Below are positions 58,392 through 64,000 of a DNA stretch of 64,000 nucleotides, one piece after another. Source of the DNA: Thermodesulfobacteriota bacterium (GTDB lineage: Bacteria > Desulfobacterota > Desulfobulbia > Desulfobulbales > SURF-16); contig JBFMAY010000002.1 of assembly GCA_040755455.1 (NCBI GenBank), positions 64,001-128,000 on the forward strand, in the 5' to 3' direction. Numbering within the stretch: position 1 is the first letter of the stretch; each line of letters opens with the position of its first letter. Below the pieces are notes generated by a model. It did not search any database. It had not been told where the DNA came from and saw only the letters and a program-made list of their open reading frames with translations. A program made the position numbers and the translations under genes.

Positions 58392-59897
58392 ATGATCCTG
58401 CGTCTACTTTTCTGCATACTCATCATCTGCACCGGCTGCAGCAGGGATGAGACCGAGGAGCAAAAACCGCCGCCCGCTGCGGCCCCAGCCGCGGTGCGGG
58501 ACTATTCCTGCCGGGACTGCCATCCGATTGAGCTGGACGTCCGTCATACCGGCATCATTTGCACCGTCTGCCACGGCGGCAGCGGCACGGCAGCCTCGGC
58601 GGAGGCGGCCCACGCGAACATGCAAAAACAGCCGGCCCATCCCCTGCTTCTTGAACGGACCTGCGGCCCCTGCCATGGGGAACAGCTCGGCAAGGCGCGG
58701 AATTCGCTGCATTTCACCCTGAAAAAGGAGGTCAACGCCGTGCGCCGCGCCTTTGGCGCAGATGAAGACCTTGCCTCACTGGTGGAGATCCCCCAGCACG
58801 AGGAAATAGGCAGCCCCCTTGACCTGGTGGATGACCTGCTCAGACGCCGCTGCCTGGGCTGCCACCTCTACTCCGGCGGCGATAACTATCCGGAAACCCG
58901 GCACGCCACCGGCTGCGCGGCCTGCCACCTGGAGTTCGCCGGCGGCAAGGCGGTCTCCCATGCCTTCATTAAATCCCCGCCTGACAGCCAGTGCCTGCAT
59001 TGCCACTACGGCAACTTTGTCGGGGCGGATTACGTGGGCCGCTTTGAACACGACTATCACTGGGATTACCGCACCCCCTACCCCAGGGAGGGCGACTCCC
59101 CGCGGCCATACGGGGTGGAATATCACCAGCTTAGCGCTGACGCGCACAACCAGGCCGGACTCGCCTGCATCGACTGTCATAGCGGGGCGGAGCTGATGGG
59201 GGACGGCGGGACGGCCATCACCTGCGCATCCTGCCACCGCTGGCAGCCAGGGGACAAGATCCCGCTGGACAACCTTACGACGGAAAACGGCACCCTGGTG
59301 CTGACCTGCCGGCTCACCGGCAAGAGACTCAAGGTGCCCCCGCTGCGCCATCCGGCCCATGCTGCTTACCAAAACAAGGCAGACTGCGCGGTCTGCCATG
59401 CCCAATGGAGCTTCACCGATGAGGGCACCCATCTTTTCCGCCTGGACACCGATGAGTTCGACCCCTGGGCCGCCCTCTATGTACAGGGCAGCTACGAGGT
59501 GGAAGACCAGGTGACCACCTCGCTGTACGGCGACGCCTCCTACGACTATGTCTTCATGAGCGACAAGATCAGCGGCGAGCTCTATTTAGGCCTGTGGCTG
59601 AAAGGCTATGAATTGCGGCGCTGGGAGTTCCCCATTGTCTGCCGGGATGAACAGGGCATGCTGCACATCTGCCGGCCCCTGCTGGACCTGCATCTGACCT
59701 ATGTCAATGAAGCTGGAGAACCTGTCTTTGACGCCCTTGCCCCGGACAGCGGCCCGGCCATGGGCCTGGTGCCCTACACCCCCCATACCATCGGCAAGGC
59801 CGGCGTCTTTTTCAAACAGCGGCTGCGGGAAAACCTTGATCTACTCCCGGAGCCGCGCAATTTGCCAAAAAATCAGCAGACAACCCGGAACCCATGA
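58392..59897 (+). CDS. Multiheme (9 CxxCH) cytochrome c lipoprotein
   Basis: Lipobox-like CTGC; CRDCH, CTVCH, CGPCH, CLGCH, CAACH, CLHCH, CIDCH, CASCH, CAVCH. Confidence 0.9.
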   Translation: MILRLLFCILIICTGCSRDETEEQKPPPAAAPAAVRDYSCRDCHPIELDVRHTGIICTVCHGGSGTAASAEAAHANMQKQPAHPLLLERTCGPCHGEQLGKARNSLHFTLKKEVNAVRRAFGADEDLASLVEIPQHEEIGSPLDLVDDLLRRRCLGCHLYSGGDNYPETRHATGCAACHLEFAGGKAVSHAFIKSPPDSQCLHCHYGNFVGADYVGRFEHDYHWDYRTPYPREGDSPRPYGVEYHQLSADAHNQAGLACIDCHSGAELMGDGGTAITCASCHRWQPGDKIPLDNLTTENGTLVLTCRLTGKRLKVPPLRHPAHAAYQNKADCAVCHAQWSFTDEGTHLFRLDTDEFDPWAALYVQGSYEVEDQVTTSLYGDASYDYVFMSDKISGELYLGLWLKGYELRRWEFPIVCRDEQGMLHICRPLLDLHLTYVNEAGEPVFDALAPDSGPAMGLVPYTPHTIGKAGVFFKQRLRENLDLLPEPRNLPKNQQTTRNP

Positions 59898-60658
59898 AGT
59901 TATTTTTCATCCCCATCCTTCTTTTCATGCTGTTTCTCCACGGCTGCGCCGCCAAAAAGACGCCGGAGCCTCCCCCTTCCCCCGGCGCTGTTCCCGCCGC
60001 CATCCCCCCCACCCAGCGGCCCTACAAGATCATGGGCAAGACATACTACCCCCTGCCGAGCTCCGAAGGGTATGAGGAAAAAGGCGTTGCCTCCTGGTAC
60101 GGCAGACAGTTCCATGGCCGCAAAACCTCCAACGGCGAGGTATACGACATGTACGAGGCGACAGCGGCCCACAAGACCCTGCCCATGAATACCCTGGTGC
60201 TGGTGCAAAACCTGGAGAACGGCAAGGAGATGGCGGTCAGGATCAATGACCGGGGCCCCTTTGTCAAGGACCGGATCATTGATCTGAGCCTGACTGCGGC
60301 CCGCAAACTGGACATTGTCGACAATGGCACGGCAAAGGTCAAGGTGACTGCCCTTGGCGAGGCAAGGACGTACCGGCAGGGAGACAAAGAAGTCGCGCGC
60401 TTCCTGCCCCATCAGGATTTCCAGCAGGGGGATTTCTATGTGCAGATCGGCTCCTTCACCAACAAGAATAATGCCCTGCGCCTGCAGGAGAAAATGAAGA
60501 GCCAGGGCAACATTGCCGTCATCACCCAGTTCGGCCGGGGCAACAGCCTCTTCTACCGGGTCCAGGTCCAGGCCGGCTCAACCCTGAGTGTGGCCAGGAA
60601 TATGGAAAAGGACTTCAACAGCAACGGCTACCCCGATGCCTTTGTTGTAGCGCGGTGA
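59894..60658 (+). CDS. rlpA: Septal ring lytic transglycosylase RlpA with SPOR domain
   Basis: Lipobox LHGC, GVASWYG, TAAHKTLP, RINDRGPF..DRIIDLS, YVQIGSF. Confidence 0.95.
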   Translation: MKLFFIPILLFMLFLHGCAAKKTPEPPPSPGAVPAAIPPTQRPYKIMGKTYYPLPSSEGYEEKGVASWYGRQFHGRKTSNGEVYDMYEATAAHKTLPMNTLVLVQNLENGKEMAVRINDRGPFVKDRIIDLSLTAARKLDIVDNGTAKVKVTALGEARTYRQGDKEVARFLPHQDFQQGDFYVQIGSFTNKNNALRLQEKMKSQGNIAVITQFGRGNSLFYRVQVQAGSTLSVARNMEKDFNSNGYPDAFVVAR

Positions 60659-60800
60659 GCGGGTTTCCGGTAAGATGAACACCCCGCAGCCGGAGAAGAG
60701 GGGGGAACAGGTAAACAGAACAGTTGCCCGCAGAGTTTAGGACGGTAATGGTTTGCCGCCCCATGACTTCTGGCTACCGACTACTGACTTCTGACCTCTT

Positions 60801-61973
60801 ATGACCCGTGACATCATTCATCTGGACATGGACGCCTTTTACGCCTCGGTTGAGGTGCTGGACAACCCGGAACTGCAGGGCCTGCCGGTGATTGTCGGCG
60901 GCAGTTCCGACCGGGGGGTGGTGTCCGCCGCCTCCTATGAGGCGAGGGCCTGCGGCATCCATTCCGCCCTGGCCATCGCCATTGCCCGCAGACGCTGCCC
61001 GCAAGGGATTTTCCTGCCGGTGCGCATGTCTCGCTACGCGGAAATTTCCGAGCAGGTCATGGCCATCTTCCGCCAGTATACCCCCAGAGTGGAACAGATT
61101 TCGGTGGATGAGGCCTTCCTCGATGTCACCGGCTGCCAGGGCCTGTTCGGGTCCGCGGTGGATATTGCCGGGATGATCCGCAGGCGGGTACGGGAGGAAA
61201 TCGGTCTGACCGTTTCCGCCGGGGTGGCCGGTTGCAAGCTGGTCGCCAAAATCGCCTCGGACCTCAATAAACCGGACGGCCTGACGGTGGTTCCCCACGG
61301 CCTGGAAGCTGAATTTCTCGCCCCCCTGCCCATCAAGCGCCTGTGGGGCGTGGGCAAAAAAACCCTGCCCACCCTCAATCTGCTCGGCGTGCGGACCATC
61401 AATGATCTCACCCGTTTTTCCCTGGATTTTCTTGAAAAAAAATTCGGCAAGCAGGGACGTCACATGTATTTCTGCGCCAGGGGCATTGATGAACGCCAGG
61501 TGGAGTGCAGCCACGCCACCAAATCCATCGGCAACGAGGAGACCTTTGACCGGGACGTGACGGACCTGCCGCAGATCCGAAAAGAGCTGCTGCGCCTGGC
61601 CACCAGGGTGGGGGAACGGCTGCGCCGTCATCACTTCACGGGCCGGGCCGTTACCCTGAAAGTCAAATACCATGATTTCATCACGGTCAGCCGCTCCCTG
61701 ACCATGGCCCGGCCGACCAACGACTCCCATGAACTCTATCAGGCCGTGCTGAGCCTCCTGCCCAAGACCATGGCCGGGGCCAAACCGGTGCGCCTGGTGG
61801 GGATTGCCGTGGACCAACTGCGGGAAGATTCCCTGCCCCGGCAGCTTGACCTGTTCGCCGGCAAAGAGACGGGCCGCAAGGAATTAAACAGGGCCATTGA
61901 TCAGATCAATAACCGCTTCGGCCCGCTCACCATAAAACCCGCGGCACTGACCGGTGAACCATCCGAACCCTGA
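60801..61973 (+). CDS. dinB: DNA polymerase IV
   Basis: IHLDMDAFYASVE, SYEAR..G, SVDEAFLD, KIASD..KPDG. Confidence 0.96.
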   Translation: MTRDIIHLDMDAFYASVEVLDNPELQGLPVIVGGSSDRGVVSAASYEARACGIHSALAIAIARRRCPQGIFLPVRMSRYAEISEQVMAIFRQYTPRVEQISVDEAFLDVTGCQGLFGSAVDIAGMIRRRVREEIGLTVSAGVAGCKLVAKIASDLNKPDGLTVVPHGLEAEFLAPLPIKRLWGVGKKTLPTLNLLGVRTINDLTRFSLDFLEKKFGKQGRHMYFCARGIDERQVECSHATKSIGNEETFDRDVTDLPQIRKELLRLATRVGERLRRHHFTGRAVTLKVKYHDFITVSRSLTMARPTNDSHELYQAVLSLLPKTMAGAKPVRLVGIAVDQLREDSLPRQLDLFAGKETGRKELNRAIDQINNRFGPLTIKPAALTGEPSEP

Positions 61974-62000
61974 GCGAACCCGGGCAAAGAACGCCTGCGT

Positions 62001-63461
62001 TTATATGCTCCTGACCTGCACGGTCTCGATGAATTTCCCGCCGGCCAGGATATCGGAAAGCACGATGACCCGGTCGCCGGGCCGGATGATGTCTTCCCGC
62101 AACAGCTGCTCGATGGAGCGCTGGATGGAGACCTCCGGGTCCTTGGAAAAATTGATGCGGAAGGCATGAATGCCCCAGTACAGGCCAAGCCTGCGCCGCA
62201 CATGGGTGGTATTGGTGAAGGCGAAAATCGGCGCCACCGGCCGGCATTTTGACAGCAGGACCGCCATCAGGCCGCGCCTGGTGATAACCAGCGTGCCCGC
62301 GGCCCGCAGGTTGTTGCTCAGAATGGCGGCGCTTCTGGCAATCTCTTCCTTGGGCTTGCTGGTGACCTTGACCCGCACGGTCAGGTCCAGGGCCAGCTGT
62401 TGTTCACTCCTTCTCGCCACGGCATCCATCACCTCCACCGCCTTGCGCGGGTGTTTCCCGGTTGCCGTCTCGCCGGAAAGCATGATGGCATCGGCCCCCT
62501 GCAGCACGGCATGGGAGATGTCCGTCACCTCGGCCCTGGTGGGAGTGGGATTGACGATCATCGACTCGAGCATATGGGTGGCCACCACCACCGGCTTGCC
62601 GGCCGCCCGGCATTTGCGGATGATCTCGTCCTGCAGCAGCGGCACCTCCTCATAGGGCAGCTCGGCGCCGAGATCGCCCCGGGCGATCATGATGCCGCCC
62701 GCCACGGCAATGATGGCATCAAGATGGGGAATGGCATCGGCGCTTTCAATCTTGGCCAGGACATCAATCGGCATTTTCCGCTCCTGCAGATAGTGCTGCA
62801 GCTCCTCGATGGATGAGGCATCCCGGACAAAGGACAGGGCAATGAAATCAACTTGCTGGGCAATGCCGAAATTGATATCCTGCCAGTCCTTGTCGTTGAT
62901 GGAGGGCAGATCGGCGCTCTTGCCGCGGATATTGATATGCCGCCGCGAGGTCAGGACGCCGTTGTCCAGGCAGAGGCAATGGACATCCGTCGGGGTTACC
63001 TCCTTGACCAGCAGACTTATCATGCCGCCGTCAATGAGCACCGTATCGCCGAATTCCACCTCATTGACAAAGCCGTCATAGCTCACCTCGACACAGTTTG
63101 CTTCAAGCTCCGCCTGCCGCCGGATGGTCAGGGTCAGGGGGCCGCCCTTCTTCAGTACCAGGTCCCGTTTCACATCCCCGGTGCGCACCTCGGGGCCCTT
63201 GGTGTCCAGCAGAATGGCGATGGTCGAGCCGAATTTGCGGTTGAGCCTTTTGATGCTGTGGATCACCTGCTGGTGCCAGTCAAGGGTGCCGTGGGACATA
63301 TTGAGCCGCGCCACATTCATGCCCTGGTCGGCAAGCTTTTTCAGCATCTCAAAAGAGGCGGTCTTCGGCCCGATGGTGCAGATGATTTTTGTTTTACGCA
63401 AGATTGTCGCTCGGTTTTTAAGAAAATATGCCTTGCCGCGGTTCGTTGTCAGCCGCCGCAT
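62001..63461 (-). CDS. pyk: Pyruvate kinase
   Basis: RKTKIICTIGP, ARLNMSHG, DTKGPEVR, IMIARGDLG, MLSGETA; start uncertain (63461 ATG or 63401 TTG). Confidence 0.95.
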   Translation of the reverse strand: MRRLTTNRGKAYFLKNRATILRKTKIICTIGPKTASFEMLKKLADQGMNVARLNMSHGTLDWHQQVIHSIKRLNRKFGSTIAILLDTKGPEVRTGDVKRDLVLKKGGPLTLTIRRQAELEANCVEVSYDGFVNEVEFGDTVLIDGGMISLLVKEVTPTDVHCLCLDNGVLTSRRHINIRGKSADLPSINDKDWQDINFGIAQQVDFIALSFVRDASSIEELQHYLQERKMPIDVLAKIESADAIPHLDAIIAVAGGIMIARGDLGAELPYEEVPLLQDEIIRKCRAAGKPVVVATHMLESMIVNPTPTRAEVTDISHAVLQGADAIMLSGETATGKHPRKAVEVMDAVARRSEQQLALDLTVRVKVTSKPKEEIARSAAILSNNLRAAGTLVITRRGLMAVLLSKCRPVAPIFAFTNTTHVRRRLGLYWGIHAFRINFSKDPEVSIQRSIEQLLREDIIRPGDRVIVLSDILAGGKFIETVQVRSI

Positions 63462-63493
63462 GATGGTTAAGAGGAGGGTCCAAGGCCTCCCCC

Positions 63494-64000
63494 CTATCCA
63501 GCGAGGATAAAATCCGTAATATAGGGATTTTCCCGCATCTCCCGGCCCACCGTCGAGGTCGGCGTGTCGCCGTAATCGTGGCCGGGCCAAATGATCGTCT
63601 CCAGCGGCAGCACGATCACCTTCTCCTGCAGGGACTTGAGGAGCGCGGCAAGGGAGCCGCCGGTCAGATCGGTGCGGCCCACGTCCCCGACAAACAGGGT
63701 ATCGCCGGTAAACAGGTTGCCCGCGGCCAGAAAACAGACCGATCCCGGGGTATGCCCCGGGGTGTGCAGCACCGTGATCCGCAGCTCACCCACCTCCAGC
63801 ACCTGGCCGTCTTTTAGTCTGATATCGGCAGGGGCCGGCCCCGGCAGGCCAAGCTCCTGCTGGGACTTTGCCCGGACCTCTGCCGCTGCAAAAAAGAGGT
63901 CATCAGCCTCATGCATGCCCACCGGCACGGAAAAAACTTCCCGCAGCCTCTGGTTGGCCAGCACATGATCGGCGTGACCATGGGTATTGAGGATATAGAG
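63494..64000 (-). CDS. MBL-fold metallo-hydrolase (glyoxalase II-like), 5' end outside the window
   Basis: Frame open to the window edge; LNTHGHADH read at 63965-63991, plus HTPGHTPG, FTGDTLF and PGHDY. Confidence 0.92.
   Translation of the reverse strand, partial: LYILNTHGHADHVLANQRLREVFSVPVGMHEADDLFFAAAEVRAKSQQELGLPGPAPADIRLKDGQVLEVGELRITVLHTPGHTPGSVCFLAAGNLFTGDTLFVGDVGRTDLTGGSLAALLKSLQEKVIVLPLETIIWPGHDYGDTPTSTVGREMRENPYITDFILAG

Overview
Bacterial chromosome segment, probably from an anaerobic Desulfobacterota-type (Desulfobulbales-like) organism; this is inferred from gene content only. All family assignments come from motif recognition by eye, with no database search. (1) 0.1-7.7 kb, minus strand: a large CoA-activase fusion, two PilZ proteins, a degenerate RRM protein and a PAS-PAS-LuxR regulator. 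(2) 8.2-29.8 kb, plus strand: an apparently complete extracellular contractile injection system (eCIS) locus behind a near-consensus sigma54 promoter. It encodes sheath, tube, DUF4255 cap, AAA+ ATPase, a candidate cargo and partner, LysM, gpD, gpV spike, gp25, baseplate J, a gpI/propeller wedge and a DUF6519 fibre. It has no recognisable PAAR, lysis, capsid or T6SS membrane-complex genes. It also carries an unexplained array of three 173-174 bp self-complementary non-coding units in front of a helix-hairpin-helix fusion gene. (3) A small Cys-rich ORF, tRNA-Arg(CCG) and a hybrid histidine kinase. (4) 34.7-64 kb: mostly housekeeping genes (tilS, galU, priA, def, fmt, larC, pgpA, pyrF, amn, lptC, kdsC, kdsA, pyrG, rlpA, dinB, pyk). 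These are interrupted by an unusual four-gene chemosensory cassette (triple CheW, soluble 4xPAS chemoreceptor with no methylation-site dipeptides, GNAT acetyltransferase, HDAC-family deacetylase), a PilT-like ATPase inserted between pyrG and kdsA, and a 9-heme cytochrome c lipoprotein.
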